The translations under genes and the position numbers were made by a program. Below are positions 29,732 through 40,723 of a stretch of DNA of 64,000 nucleotides, in pieces. The notes below the pieces were generated by a model. That model did not search any database. It was not told the origin of the DNA and was given only the letters and a program-made list of their open reading frames with translations. Position 1 is the stretch's first letter. Every line of letters begins with the position of its first letter. The DNA is from Acidobacteriota bacterium (GTDB lineage Bacteria; Acidobacteriota; UBA6911; RPQK01; JAJDTT01): contig CBDCJH010000002.1 of the NCBI GenBank assembly GCA_965217775.1, positions 3,520,001 to 3,584,000 on the forward strand, in the 5' to 3' direction.

Positions 29732-30331
29732 CTACAGCAGGTGGCCCAGCTTTTCCTTCTTGGTCTTGAGGTACTCCTGCGACACCGGGGAGGGTTCCAC
29801 GACCAGAGGAACTCGTTCCACCACCTGCAGCCCCTCGGCCTCCATGCCGCGTATCTTGTTGGGGTTGTTGGACATGAGCCGAATCCGGGAGATCCCCAAC
29901 CTGAGCAGCGCCAACGCGCAGAAACGGTAGGAGCGCAGGTCCGCCTCGAAACCCAGCCGGGCGTTGGCCTCGACCGTGTCGACTCCCTGATCCTGGAGCT
30001 GATACGCGTGAATCTTGTTCATCAGACCGATTCCCCGGCCTTCCTGAAGCTGATAGATGAGGACGCCGCTACCGGCCTCGGCAATTTTCCGAAGGGACCG
30101 TTCCAACTGTTCGCCGCAATCGCAACGGAGTGAGTGGAAGATGTCGCCGGTCATGCACTGGGAGTGGATCCGCACCAGGGGAGGCCTCCGGTCACTCAGA
30201 GGCCGGCGGACCAGCGCTACCAACTGCTCGTCGTCCTCTTCGCTCTCGAACCCGTAGATCCGGAACGGTCCGAAACGCGTGGGCAACGCCGCATTGGGCA
30301 CCGTGTCGAGACTCGCCAGGACCTCTCTCAT
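29732..30331 (-). CDS. ribA: GTP cyclohydrolase II
   Basis: VRIHSQCMTGD..SLRCDCG, QEGRGIGL, YLKTKKEKLGH. Confidence 0.95.
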   Translation of the reverse strand: MREVLASLDTVPNAALPTRFGPFRIYGFESEEDDEQLVALVRRPLSDRRPPLVRIHSQCMTGDIFHSLRCDCGEQLERSLRKIAEAGSGVLIYQLQEGRGIGLMNKIHAYQLQDQGVDTVEANARLGFEADLRSYRFCALALLRLGISRIRLMSNNPNKIRGMEAEGLQVVERVPLVVEPSPVSQEYLKTKKEKLGHLL

Positions 30332-30346
30332 GGGCGCTGTATAGTA

Positions 30347-30943
30347 TCACTCTCGAGGGTGAGCGAGTGAACTCGCCGGCGTGGACCAGCGCTTCATTCC
30401 CTCGACCGGGATGTCGAAAACATCCAGGGCCCGCCCCAGACTGTGGTCCACCAGATCCTGAAGACTGTCGGGATGATGGTAAAAGGAGGGGATGGGCGGG
30501 GCGACGATCGCTCCCAACTCCGCGACTTCCACCAGCCGCCGGAGATGGCCCAGGTGAAGAGGAGATTCGCGCACCAGCAGCACCAGCGGCCTTCTCTCCT
30601 TCAGGGTGACGTCGGCCGCGCGGGTCAAGAGGTCCTTGGTAATGGAATTGGCCAGGCAGGAAACCGTATGGATCGAGCAGGGAGCCACGATCATGCCCCG
30701 GGTCTTGAAGGACCCGCTGGAAATCGCCGCCGCCATGTCTCCCGGTTCATGGACGACGTCGGCCAGATTCCGCACCTGGTCCAGGTCGTAGCCGGTTTCC
30801 AGCTCGACGGTCCTGGGCACGGTCCGCGTGTAGACCAGATGAGTCTCCACCCCGGAGACGCCGCGCAGGAGTTGCAGCAGCCGGATCCCGTAGATGGGCG
30901 CCGAAGCGCCGGACAACCCCACCACCAGGGGACGGGAACTCAT
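30347..30943 (-). CDS. ubiX: Flavin prenyltransferase UbiX
   Basis: GLSGASAPIYG, ISSGS, APCS, RAADVTLKERR, RESP. Confidence 0.93.
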   Translation of the reverse strand: MSSRPLVVGLSGASAPIYGIRLLQLLRGVSGVETHLVYTRTVPRTVELETGYDLDQVRNLADVVHEPGDMAAAISSGSFKTRGMIVAPCSIHTVSCLANSITKDLLTRAADVTLKERRPLVLLVRESPLHLGHLRRLVEVAELGAIVAPPIPSFYHHPDSLQDLVDHSLGRALDVFDIPVEGMKRWSTPASSLAHPRE

Positions 30944-31023
30944 GCATCCGCCTTTTCGGTTTGGGGGGTCATGGGAAGGCGTTCAACGCCGGCTCCCCGC
31001 CATGGTAACTGCAACAGCTCTGC

Positions 31024-32067
31024 TCACGCCCCCGATTCCGGGAGGTATTCGAGCCCTTGGGGAGCCCGCCACTCGTCGACCATGGAGGCTTGGTGGACGC
31101 ACGACACGGTGCAGTAGGGAGCGCAACTCTTTTCGGTCCGGTGCTCTCGCCGGATATCCGCCAGAGTGTATTCCGCCAGCGGAATCCCCGGGTACCCGCG
31201 CTGCTGGGAACAGTAGTGCACGAGTCCGTCTTCGCAGACGTACAGATACCGGGACCCGGCCCGGCAGCGCCAGTTGTTGGCCCGGCCGGCGGCCAGATTC
31301 TCCTGGAAGACCCGGTTGAGCCGCGAGTATCCCCGCTTTGCCATGCTCTTGACCTGATGGAAGATGCGCACCTCATCCGGGCTGAGGGGCTTGAGCCCGC
31401 CGTGTCCGTCATGGATGACGCCGACGGTGCAAGTGAACCCCAGCTCCACGGCTCGCCGTGCGATGATCAGGGCATCCTCGGGACGATTCACCCCGGAACC
31501 CAGGACCGTATTGATGTTGACCTGAAACTCGGCCAGTTCCGACAGGTACAGGAGTTTCTTGTCCAGCACCTTCAGACTCTTCATGGAGTTCCCGTCGGGC
31601 TTCACGTTGTCGATGCTGATCTGCAGATGCTCCAACCCGGAGCGATTCAGGGACCGGATTCTCTTGCGCGCCAGAAGGTAGCCGTTGGTGATGAGACCGG
31701 CGATCATGTTGCGGTCCCGGATCCGGGTGATGACGGACTCCAACTCCCGATGCATCAAAGGCTCTCCGCCGCTGATGGTGACGATTGAAGTCCCCAGCCG
31801 GGCCAGGTGATCGATTCGTTCCTGCATCACGCCGGTGGGGATGGGAGGTGAGAAGTCGTCGTACTCGTTGCAGTACGAACAGGAGAGATTGCAGCGCCGC
31901 ATGGGAATGATATGGGCCAGAATCGGGTGACGCTGGGAGAGCAGGGCTCGACTCACCATTTTCAACTCACGCACACGGATCCTGCAAGCTTGGAGTCTGC
32001 GCATGGGCCTCTGGCGAGCACGGCCGGAACGGATGCGGATCATAGCAGTCTGGTCAGGGGCCGTCAA
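31024..32067 (-). CDS. Radical SAM protein with Cys-rich (SPASM/twitch-like) C-terminus
   Basis: CNLSCSYC, SGGEP, ITNG; CRAG..VCEDG..YC..CAPYCTVSC; start uncertain. Confidence 0.85.
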   Translation of the reverse strand: MTAPDQTAMIRIRSGRARQRPMRRLQACRIRVRELKMVSRALLSQRHPILAHIIPMRRCNLSCSYCNEYDDFSPPIPTGVMQERIDHLARLGTSIVTISGGEPLMHRELESVITRIRDRNMIAGLITNGYLLARKRIRSLNRSGLEHLQISIDNVKPDGNSMKSLKVLDKKLLYLSELAEFQVNINTVLGSGVNRPEDALIIARRAVELGFTCTVGVIHDGHGGLKPLSPDEVRIFHQVKSMAKRGYSRLNRVFQENLAAGRANNWRCRAGSRYLYVCEDGLVHYCSQQRGYPGIPLAEYTLADIRREHRTEKSCAPYCTVSCVHQASMVDEWRAPQGLEYLPESGA

Positions 32068-33011
32068 CGGCCGGGCGTTCCGCGTCCGTCATCCTTCTGA
32101 GCTTGTCCGATCACCGTCATGGCCGAGGCGATCATGCCGGCCATGTCGGACAGGTTGGAGGGAATGATCAGGGAATTGTTGGTCCGGGCCAGATTGCCGA
32201 ACTCCTTGATGTACTGCTCAGCGACTCGCAGGTTGACGGCGTCCTGACCGCCTTTCTCATTGATGGCGGAAGCGATTTCCCGGATCCCCTTGGCCGTGGC
32301 CTCGGCCACCTTCTCGATCTCCGCCGCGCGTCCCACGGCTTCGTTGATCCGGCGCTGTTTCTCCCCCTCCGAGCGCTTGATCAACTCCTGCTTGTCCCCT
32401 TCGGCGACGTTGATCTTCGCCTGCTTCTCACCTTGCGACTGCGCCACCACGGCCCGCTTCTCCCGCTCGGCCCGCATCTGCTTCTCCATGGCGTCCTTGA
32501 TGCTCTGCGGAGGGATGATGTTCTTGACCTCGTAGCGGGTCACCTTCACGCCCCAGGGATCGGAGGCTTTGTCGACCGCATCGACGATCGCCGAGTTGAT
32601 GGTCTCCCGTTCCTCGAAGGTACGATCCAGCTCCAGCCGGCCAATGACGCTTCTCATGGTCGTTTGGGCCAACTGCGTGGACGCGAACTGGTAGTTGTTG
32701 ATCCCGTAGGAGGCTTTCCCGGCGTCGATCACCTGCAAATAGAGAATCCCGTCCACTTCCACCGAGATGTTGTCTTGCGTGATGCAGGTCTGAGGCGGGA
32801 CGTCCACCGCCTGCTCCTTGAGCGTATGCCGGTATGCGACCTTGTCCACGAACGGCGTCAGGACATGGAACCCGGCCACCAACGTCGCCCGGTACTTGCC
32901 CAGACGCTCCACGATGAAAGCGGATCTCTGGGGAACGATTCGGATGGTCTTGAAGAACGCGATCACCGCCAACAAGATCAGGCCGATCAGAACAACGGTG
33001 CTGAAGTCCAT
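32064..33011 (-). CDS. SPFH/stomatin-like (slipin/QmcA-type) protein
   Basis: IVERLGKY, ITQDN, QLAQTTMRSVIG, WGVKVTRYEVK, QMRAEREKRA. Confidence 0.92.
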   Translation of the reverse strand: MDFSTVVLIGLILLAVIAFFKTIRIVPQRSAFIVERLGKYRATLVAGFHVLTPFVDKVAYRHTLKEQAVDVPPQTCITQDNISVEVDGILYLQVIDAGKASYGINNYQFASTQLAQTTMRSVIGRLELDRTFEERETINSAIVDAVDKASDPWGVKVTRYEVKNIIPPQSIKDAMEKQMRAEREKRAVVAQSQGEKQAKINVAEGDKQELIKRSEGEKQRRINEAVGRAAEIEKVAEATAKGIREIASAINEKGGQDAVNLRVAEQYIKEFGNLARTNNSLIIPSNLSDMAGMIASAMTVIGQAQKDDGRGTPGR

Positions 33012-33041
33012 GGTCACCTCCCGGCAAACTCGATGTCTTAA

Positions 33042-33199
33042 CTGCCCGTGGCAAAAGTCGCCACGGCATTCGACCGTCCCTGCATCCCGGCGGACTGCGT
33101 TGCGATTCGGGCACATACTCCCGGTATGCACCCGAATCGCGCCTTGTCCGGCGGGCGCAGGAACGGTCTCGGTGCTCGCGGGACTTTCACCACGGACTG
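33042..33199 (+). repeat. MITE family 1 copy with TTAA target duplication
   Basis: TIRs CTGCCCGTGGCAAAAGTC / GACTTTCACCACGGACTG; TTAA at 33038-33041 and 33200-33203. Confidence 0.88.
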
Positions 33200-33206
33200 T
33201 TAAGAA

Positions 33207-33659
33207 TCAAATCCTCTTTACGATTAACGTCAGATTCTTCTTGTTCACGATTTCGACCGCCGCACCTTGGGGAATCCTCTCCCCGGCCTCGGCTTGCCAG
33301 GTGGTGCCCCGGTAATCGACGCGGCCGGCCCGGTCGGACCCGATCTCACGGGTCACCAGCGCCCGTCTGCCCACGAACTCATCGGACTCACCGCCGCCCA
33401 CCGTCGGCTGACGGCGGTCGATCCTCCCCTTGATCCTGCTCCGGAAGACCAGCAGCAGTACGACGGACAAGACGACGAACACCCCCAACTGCAGATTCAG
33501 GGAGATCTCCACCGTCATGCAGAGGAGGGCCACCAACCAGGCGCCCAGAGCGAAGAAGATGAGGACCACTCCGGGACTGGCGAACTCCAGGAGCAGCAGG
33601 ACGACCCCCAATCCGAACCAGAGGAGTTGGGGTCTGAGCCATTCCTGAAGAGAATCCAT
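33207..33659 (-). CDS. NfeD-family membrane protein (SPFH partner)
   Basis: Three TM helices plus OB-fold tail (VGRRALV..GRVDYRGTTWQA). Confidence 0.88.
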   Translation of the reverse strand: MDSLQEWLRPQLLWFGLGVVLLLLEFASPGVVLIFFALGAWLVALLCMTVEISLNLQLGVFVVLSVVLLLVFRSRIKGRIDRRQPTVGGGESDEFVGRRALVTREIGSDRAGRVDYRGTTWQAEAGERIPQGAAVEIVNKKNLTLIVKRI

Positions 33660-33877
33660 CTATCCGCCTCCGCTCCGTCCCCGTTCAACTCTACTAGCCT
33701 ATGGCATAAGGCATCATCGCATCCACCCGCCAGGTAAGCGTCTCACTTCTCTTCCCTCTTCTCTCTTTCCTCTCCGGCTGTATCATGTGGACGCCCAGAC
33801 GGAACTGCGGGGGAGCAAGTTCCGCAACGCGAGGACCCATGGTCACATCTCGCCGGACGGACCAGAAGGATCTTCAA

Positions 33878-34807
<930 letters not shown>

Positions 34808-34808
34808 G

Positions 34809-35870
34809 ATGGGGTCCGGGACCGGCGCTCCGACTCCCCGGCGACTCGGATTCTTCATGCCTCCCGAGTGGCATCCCCACGAATCCACCTGGCTGGCCTG
34901 GCCCAAGAACCGGGAGACCTGGCCCGGACGCGTGGAGCGGATCCAGTCGCTCTTCCTGGAGCTGATTCGGCTGCTGGCATCCGGCGAGAGAATCGACCTG
35001 CTGGTGGACCACGGGGAACAGGAGGAGGAGGTCCGCAGCCGACTGGACGCGGCCACCCGCCGCCGGGTCCGATTCCACCGGATCGCCACCGGCGACGCCT
35101 GGATCCGGGACTATGGTCCCAACTTCGTGATTCGGGACGGCGGAGAACAGGCCACTGCCTTCAACCACTGGCGCTTCAACGCTTGGGGAGGCCGTTATCC
35201 GGAACTGGCCGTCGACGGCGACGTCCCGAACCGCATGGCCCCGTTCCTCGACATGCCCCGTTTACGAACCGGACTGGTGCTGGAGGGCGGCGCCGTCGAC
35301 GTGGACGGGCAAGGCGGGGTCCTGGCCTCAGAATCCTGTCTTCTGAATCCCAATCGCAACCCGGGACGGAGCCGGAAAGAGGTGGAAGACTGTCTCCGGA
35401 ACCAACTGGGCGCGTGGCGGACGATCTGGCTGGGAGACGGTCTGCCGGGTGACGACACGGACGGGCATGTGGACAATCTGGCGCGGTTCACCAGTCCGGA
35501 CACCATCGTCTGTGCGGTGGAAAAGGACTTTCGTCAGCCGCATCACCGGAAACTGAAGGACAACCGGCGGCGCCTGACCCTGGCCCGGAGACCGGACGGC
35601 CGCCCCTACCGGATCGTGCCCCTGCCGCTACCCGCCCCCTTGGAAACCGGGCTCGGCGGCTTACCAGCTTCCTACCTGAACTTCTACATCGCCAACCGGT
35701 GGGTTCTCGTCCCCGCGTTCGGATGTCCCCAGGATGAAACAGCCCGGATGACGTTGCAGAATTTGTTCCCACGACGCCGGGCCATCAGCCTGAATTGCCG
35801 GGACCTGATCCGGGGACTGGGAGGCATCCATTGCATCACGCTGCAGCAGCCGCAGGTCGTCAGGTGTTGA
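34809..35870 (+). CDS. aguA: Agmatine deiminase
   Basis: MPPEWHPH, WIRDYGP, LEGG, DTDGHVD, SYLNF, GGIHCITLQQP. Confidence 0.9.
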   Translation: MGSGTGAPTPRRLGFFMPPEWHPHESTWLAWPKNRETWPGRVERIQSLFLELIRLLASGERIDLLVDHGEQEEEVRSRLDAATRRRVRFHRIATGDAWIRDYGPNFVIRDGGEQATAFNHWRFNAWGGRYPELAVDGDVPNRMAPFLDMPRLRTGLVLEGGAVDVDGQGGVLASESCLLNPNRNPGRSRKEVEDCLRNQLGAWRTIWLGDGLPGDDTDGHVDNLARFTSPDTIVCAVEKDFRQPHHRKLKDNRRRLTLARRPDGRPYRIVPLPLPAPLETGLGGLPASYLNFYIANRWVLVPAFGCPQDETARMTLQNLFPRRRAISLNCRDLIRGLGGIHCITLQQPQVVRC

Positions 35871-35918
35871 CGAAACGTCCACCAGAAACGGTGGGCACAT
35901 TTCTGCTGGACCATCGCG
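35726..35918 (+). repeat. Direct repeat copy 1 (aguA 3' end plus downstream), paired with 37446-37634
   Basis: TCCCCAGGATGAAACAGCCCG...GGACCATCGCG shared, about 190 bp, diverged. Confidence 0.85.
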
Positions 35919-35943
35919 GCGGCCCGAAAACCGTGTTTTGGCC

Positions 35944-36131
35944 GAAGAAGACCTGCGGCAGAGCGTGGCGTCATCGTCTCCTTTGAGTCGATTCGACGTT
36001 GGCGCCGCAGGTTTGGCCCCGAATATTCTCGATCTCCAGGACGAACGCAGGGACAAGCGGGCGGCATCTTGCTGGTCGACGAACTGGTCATTACAATCCG
36101 GGACCGACGGCATTATTTGCAGCGTGCCGAC
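35944..36131 (+). pseudogene. IS6-family transposase remnant
   Basis: AERGVIVSFESIRRWRRRFGPEY..LVDELVITIRDRRHYLQRA. Confidence 0.7.
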
Positions 36132-36161
36132 AACCCCCGTGCCTTGAGGAGGGATCAAGCC

Positions 36162-37064
36162 TTGCGACAATCTATCTGGCTCCTGCTGGTCTTGTTATCC
36201 GGATTCTTTGCCGGCTCAAATGACAGCGGCCTTGCCGGCGAAAACCGCAGGTGGCAGCAGCAACAGGTCGAGGGGAATCCTCATGTTGTAAGGGCGGGGG
36301 AAGCAGTAGGCGTGAGGGTCGTGCCTGGGATGTGGCGACCGCATTATCCCTTCGAGCAGATCGTCTGGATCAGTCCTCCCTGGCCCAGTGCCGATTACAT
36401 CTGGTTGGATTTCCCGGAGGCCATCTTCTCCGATCAGGGGCTCCTCTATCTGAGTCATGTCAATCCAAACTATCCCCCGCTGTTTCCCGATCTACCCAGG
36501 ATCCCATGGCGGGAGATCCCGAATGGTGTGGCCTTCGAACGACAATTGCCGAATGGAGTCCGTTTCGGAGGAAGAGTTGTCAAAACGGACAACACGACCG
36601 TCGGACTGGGACTCCACATTGAAAACGGCAGTCCCCATCCTCTGACCAATATCCGACTGCAAACCTGCGCCTATTTGCGGGCCATCCGCGAGTTCGCCGA
36701 TTTCACCAATGACAATAAATTCGTTCATCTACCGGGCCGTGGCTGGCAATCTCTTCGGAAGTCGATCGAAACCAGGGCTTCGGAGGGGAGATATTCCCTT
36801 GGATTTCGGGGTCTCGGCCTGCCTGGAGCTGACCTGCCGGTCATCGCTGCGCTCTCCAGCCGCGGTCAACGTTTCGTGACCATGACCTGGTTCAAAGACA
36901 CGTTGTCCCTGATTGGGAATTCCAAGCACCCTTGCTTTCACGCGGATCCCGGTTTTCCGGACCTCGCACCCGGATCTTCCGCTTCCATCGAGGGTACGAT
37001 CTTTTTCTTCGAAGGTGCTCTCGACCAGCTCGAAGCACGGATGAAGGCAAGTCGATCGCCTTAG
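36162..37064 (+). CDS. Hypothetical exported protein
   Basis: GAGGAGG RBS before TTG at 36162; hydrophobic signal; the ORF-track N-terminus is IS6 remnant. Confidence 0.7.
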   Translation: MRQSIWLLLVLLSGFFAGSNDSGLAGENRRWQQQQVEGNPHVVRAGEAVGVRVVPGMWRPHYPFEQIVWISPPWPSADYIWLDFPEAIFSDQGLLYLSHVNPNYPPLFPDLPRIPWREIPNGVAFERQLPNGVRFGGRVVKTDNTTVGLGLHIENGSPHPLTNIRLQTCAYLRAIREFADFTNDNKFVHLPGRGWQSLRKSIETRASEGRYSLGFRGLGLPGADLPVIAALSSRGQRFVTMTWFKDTLSLIGNSKHPCFHADPGFPDLAPGSSASIEGTIFFFEGALDQLEARMKASRSP

Positions 37065-37204
37065 ATCCTTAAGCTCAAAGTCTTCGGCAAATGGACGAAG
37101 AAATTCAGGCGTGTGTTTCGCCAAGTGACGGAAGAACAACGGATTCCCGCAGGTGCAGGACCTTCAAGGGCGCATCGGGTTCGTCGTTGGTGGTCCATTC
37201 GACG

Positions 37205-37443
37205 CGGGCCACGAGCCCCAACTTGTCGCGACTGATGCCCCCGCTGTGAAGCACCCTGTCATGAAACTCCCAGAACACTCCTTGGCGGGCCAAGTACTCT
37301 GAGAACGCCGCAGCCGCAAAGGCATTTCGATGCCACGGAATCGGGAAGTGTTTGAAGACGAGGCGTACTCTGCCTGGCCACTTCTCGACGACACCCTGCA
37401 GAATGGGCGCCGCTTGCGAACAAAAACGGCACTCGAAATCAGA
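37205..37443 (-). pseudogene. DsbA-family thioredoxin fragment
   Basis: SDFECRFC..VRLVFKHFPI..H..A..FWEFHD; no start of its own, abuts the aguA repeat. Confidence 0.7.
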
Positions 37444-37445
37444 TT

Positions 37446-37634
37446 TCCCCAGGATGAAACAGCCCGCAAGACCTTGCAGAAATTTTCTACGACTCCGGGC
37501 CGTCAGCCTGAATTGCCGCGACCTGATCCGGGAGCTGGGAGGCATCCACTGCGTCACGCTGCTGCTGCCGCAGGTCAGCAGGCGTTGACGAAACGTCCAC
37601 GAAACGGTGGGCACGTTTCTGCGGGACCATCGCG
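37446..37634 (+). repeat. Direct repeat copy 2 (degenerate aguA 3' end)
   Basis: Encodes ..LNCRDLIRELGGIHCVTLLLPQVSRR*. Confidence 0.85.
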
Positions 37635-37655
37635 CCGGCGGCGGGAAATGCGGGC

Positions 37656-38105
37656 CTACGGGTTCGCGTCCGTCCACGGATTTACCGTGATGACTCCGGT
37701 GTTGCGAAAATCCCGCTGGTTCCGTGTGACGATGGAAAGATCGTGGCGGATCGCCGTTCCCACCAGCATGGCATCGGGAAGATGACCATCGAGCGGCTCG
37801 CCCCGTCGCCGATTGAATTCCATAGTCTGAGCACAGGCCCGGGCATCGGCGGCCGTCCAATCGAACACCCGATCCTGGAAAAGGCTGTCCAGAACGCCTT
37901 CAAACCGCCGGACAAGATCCTCCCGGCGCCCGCCTGGATCGATCCGGCCGATTCCATTGAGAATCTCCCAGACGGTGATGGACGCAAGGCCTATCCCCTG
38001 ACCGGCGATCCTGTTGAGGAACCTTCCGACGCGCGGCTCCGGGTGCGGCCGCATCATTTCCGACACGACATTGGTGTCGAGAATCCAGACAATCGGTGCT
38101 TTCAC
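37656..38105 (-). CDS. PIN-domain toxin, VapC/FitB type
   Basis: ILDTNVVSE, DAMLVGTA, IVTRNQRDF, VNPW. Confidence 0.9.
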   Translation of the reverse strand: MKAPIVWILDTNVVSEMMRPHPEPRVGRFLNRIAGQGIGLASITVWEILNGIGRIDPGGRREDLVRRFEGVLDSLFQDRVFDWTAADARACAQTMEFNRRRGEPLDGHLPDAMLVGTAIRHDLSIVTRNQRDFRNTGVITVNPWTDANP

Positions 38106-38359
38106 GCTTCTTCCTCGTCGGCGAACACGAACGGCCGGTATCCATAGCGGGCGGACGGCGGCAAATCAATTCCGTGCTCCGGCCCGAAAAACCGCTTGAA
38201 CACCTCGGACGGCTTGGTGCGCCGTTCGGACCTCTCCCGTTTTTCACGGATGAGCCGGCGGACGAACTCTTCCATGGAGACGCCGGTATCCCGCGCTTCT
38301 CGTTTGAGCCAGGATTTGTCCCCGGGATCGATACCACGGACGGTGATAACGGAACTCAT
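38102..38359 (-). CDS. FitA-like ribbon-helix-helix antitoxin
   Basis: ITVRGID..LKREA..GVSMEEFVRRLI; GTGA overlap with the toxin. Confidence 0.85.
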   Translation of the reverse strand: MSSVITVRGIDPGDKSWLKREARDTGVSMEEFVRRLIREKRERSERRTKPSEVFKRFFGPEHGIDLPPSARYGYRPFVFADEEEA

Positions 38360-38408
38360 CGCGGTGTTCCCTCCTGATTGCGTTCTTGATTCCCTGAGCC
38401 AGACCATA

Positions 38409-38438
38409 TGCTAGCACAAATTGCTGTCAGTACTGCTA
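38409..38438. promoter_or_regulatory. Possible TA autoregulatory operator
   Basis: TGCTAGCA palindrome and TGCTGTCA, resembling FitAB-type TGCTATCA half-sites. Confidence 0.3.
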
Positions 38439-38496
38439 CAAGTCTGGCCCCTGTTCGTACAAACGGAGAGACGGAGACAACTGTGAAGAAAATGGG

Positions 38497-38790
38497 CTAC
38501 TCGCCGCGGATCTTGCGGATCTCCCGCTCCATCTGGCGATTCAGGCGGGCTTTGTCCCGGGAAAGCTGCTGGTTCAGTTCCTGGACCTTGTCAACGGCGC
38601 CCGTCTGGGCGGCTGCGACGATCTGGGACTGCTTGTGGATCTCGACCTCGGCGATGCGAGCCTGGTATTTGGTTCGGACCTGGGCGATGGCTTCCCTCTG
38701 CCCATCGTTCAGGCTCACGACCGTGTACTCCTCCTGAGACTCCAACTTCTCGAGAGCCAGTTCCCAAGCAGACTTCAACTCGCCCGGCAT
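38497..38790 (-). CDS. Hypothetical coiled-coil protein
   Basis: ELKSAWELALEKL N-terminus; host codon usage; GAAAGGA RBS. Confidence 0.7.
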   Translation of the reverse strand: MPGELKSAWELALEKLESQEEYTVVSLNDGQREAIAQVRTKYQARIAEVEIHKQSQIVAAAQTGAVDKVQELNQQLSRDKARLNRQMEREIRKIRGE

Positions 38791-38814
38791 CGGCGGATCC
38801 TTTCCAACTGTACG

Positions 38815-40572
38815 CTACGGTTCGTCGTAGATGGTATCGGCGAAGGTGTGTCCCGACGGAATCATGGGCAGGACGTGCTCGGTATAGGGAATCACGACGT
38901 CCAGGACGTAGGCGGTCTTGCTGGCCAGCATCTCGTCCAGGGCATCGGACACCTCGTGCCGCCGGGTGATGCGGCGGGCCGGGATTCCGAACCCCTCGGC
39001 CAGAGAGACGAAGTCGGGATAGATGTTCTCCGGATTCCTGGGATCGCCGATGAAGGTGTGGGCCCGATTGCCGGAGTAGAAGCGATCCTCCCACTGGACC
39101 ACCATGCCCAGGTGCTGATTGTTCAGGATCAAGGCCTTGACCGGGATTTCCTCGGCATAGGCGGTCGCCAGCTCCTGGATATTCATGACGAAGCTGCCGT
39201 CTCCGTCTACGTCGATGACCTGCCAGTCGGGACGCCCCAGCTTCGCACCCAGGGCCGCCGGATAGCCGAATCCCATGGCCCCCAGACCCGCCGAAGTCAG
39301 GAGCGTGCGAGGATAGATGAACTTGAAATACTGTGCCGCCCACATCTGGTGCTGCCCCACCCCGGTGGTCAGAATGGCCTTTCCGCGAGTCTTCCGGGAA
39401 AGCAGGTCCAAGACGTGCTGGGGCATGATCCGATCCCCGTCCTGACGGTAGCGGAAGGGCTTGGAACGCTTCACCTCCATCAAGTTCCAAAGCCAACCGG
39501 AGTAGTCCGACTTGTCCAGGTCCATCTGGTTGAGACGCCGCAAGAGGTCGTGAACGTCCCCGGTCACCGGAATCTGGGCCGGCTTGATCTTGTTGATCTC
39601 GGAGGAATCGATGTCCACGTGGACGATGGTGCCGTGCTTGGCGAATTCCTCGGCTTTTCCGGTGACGCGGTCATCGAAGCGAACGCCGAAGGCCAGAAGC
39701 AGATCGGCATTGTTGACCGCGTAGTTGGCGTAGAAGGCGCCATGCATGCCCAGCATGTCGAAGCAGAGAGGATGGCCGGCCGGGAAACTGCCCAGACCCA
39801 GGACCGTCATGACCGTGGGAATCCCCGTCTTCTCGACGAAGCGCCGCAGTTCCTCGGAGGCGTTGGAGCAGATGATCCCGTTGCCGGCGTAGATGATGGG
39901 CCGCTTGGACCGGCGGATGGCCCGCGCGATCTGACCCAATTCCCGGTCCCTGGCCTTGATCTGCGGACGATAGCTTCGAAGGTCCACACGAGACGGCCAC
40001 TTGGGCTTGGCACTGGACTGTTGGACGTCCTTGGGAATGTCGATCAGAACCGGACCGGGCCGTCCGCTGGAGGCCACGTAGAAGGCCTCCTTGACGACGT
40101 GGGGCAGGTCAGAGACTTTCTGGACCAGGTAGTTGTGCTTGGTGATGGGACGGGTGATGCCGACGATGTCCGTCTCCTGAAAGGCGTCCTTACCGATCAT
40201 GGTCTGCGGCACCTGTCCGGTGACGGCCACGATGGGGACCGAGTCCATCTTGGCGTCGGCGATTCCCGTCACCAGATTGGTGGCTCCGGGACCGGAGGTC
40301 GCCAGCGCCACACCCACCTTTCCCGTGGCCTTGGCGTACCCTTCCGCCATGAAGATGCCGCCCTGCTCATGCCGGGGAAGGATGACCCGGATCTTGTCCT
40401 GGACTCCGAGACGGGTCAGAGCCTGGTGAATCTCCATGGAAGCTCCGCCCGGATATCCGAAGATCACCTCGACGTTCTCCCGCACCAGAGCTTCGGCCAG
40501 GATGTCGGAGCCCTGGAGCTGTTGAACTCGGGAGGGGGCGCTAGGGGAGACACTTGAGGAAGCCATGACCAT
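38815..40572 (-). CDS. ilvB: Acetolactate synthase large subunit
   Basis: FGYPGGA, RHEQG, TSGPGATN, GVGQHQMWAAQ, GDGSFVMNIQEL. Confidence 0.95.
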   Translation of the reverse strand: MVMASSSVSPSAPSRVQQLQGSDILAEALVRENVEVIFGYPGGASMEIHQALTRLGVQDKIRVILPRHEQGGIFMAEGYAKATGKVGVALATSGPGATNLVTGIADAKMDSVPIVAVTGQVPQTMIGKDAFQETDIVGITRPITKHNYLVQKVSDLPHVVKEAFYVASSGRPGPVLIDIPKDVQQSSAKPKWPSRVDLRSYRPQIKARDRELGQIARAIRRSKRPIIYAGNGIICSNASEELRRFVEKTGIPTVMTVLGLGSFPAGHPLCFDMLGMHGAFYANYAVNNADLLLAFGVRFDDRVTGKAEEFAKHGTIVHVDIDSSEINKIKPAQIPVTGDVHDLLRRLNQMDLDKSDYSGWLWNLMEVKRSKPFRYRQDGDRIMPQHVLDLLSRKTRGKAILTTGVGQHQMWAAQYFKFIYPRTLLTSAGLGAMGFGYPAALGAKLGRPDWQVIDVDGDGSFVMNIQELATAYAEEIPVKALILNNQHLGMVVQWEDRFYSGNRAHTFIGDPRNPENIYPDFVSLAEGFGIPARRITRRHEVSDALDEMLASKTAYVLDVVIPYTEHVLPMIPSGHTFADTIYDEP

Positions 40573-40723
40573 GTAACCTGTCAGTTGTTCGGATTTCGGA
40601 AAATCCCATCGTCACCAGACGAAACTCGGATTCTATCGCCAATTTCGACGGTGGCGCAACTTGGCGGGCGCCTCCGGGCAGCTTGCGAAGCTTCGGAACC
40701 GGGTGATAAAACTGGCCTTCGAC

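Noticed and set aside
37105-37860. 251-aa ORF as a real gene
   Set aside because: Chimera of antisense aguA repeat, off-frame vapC and a DsbA fragment
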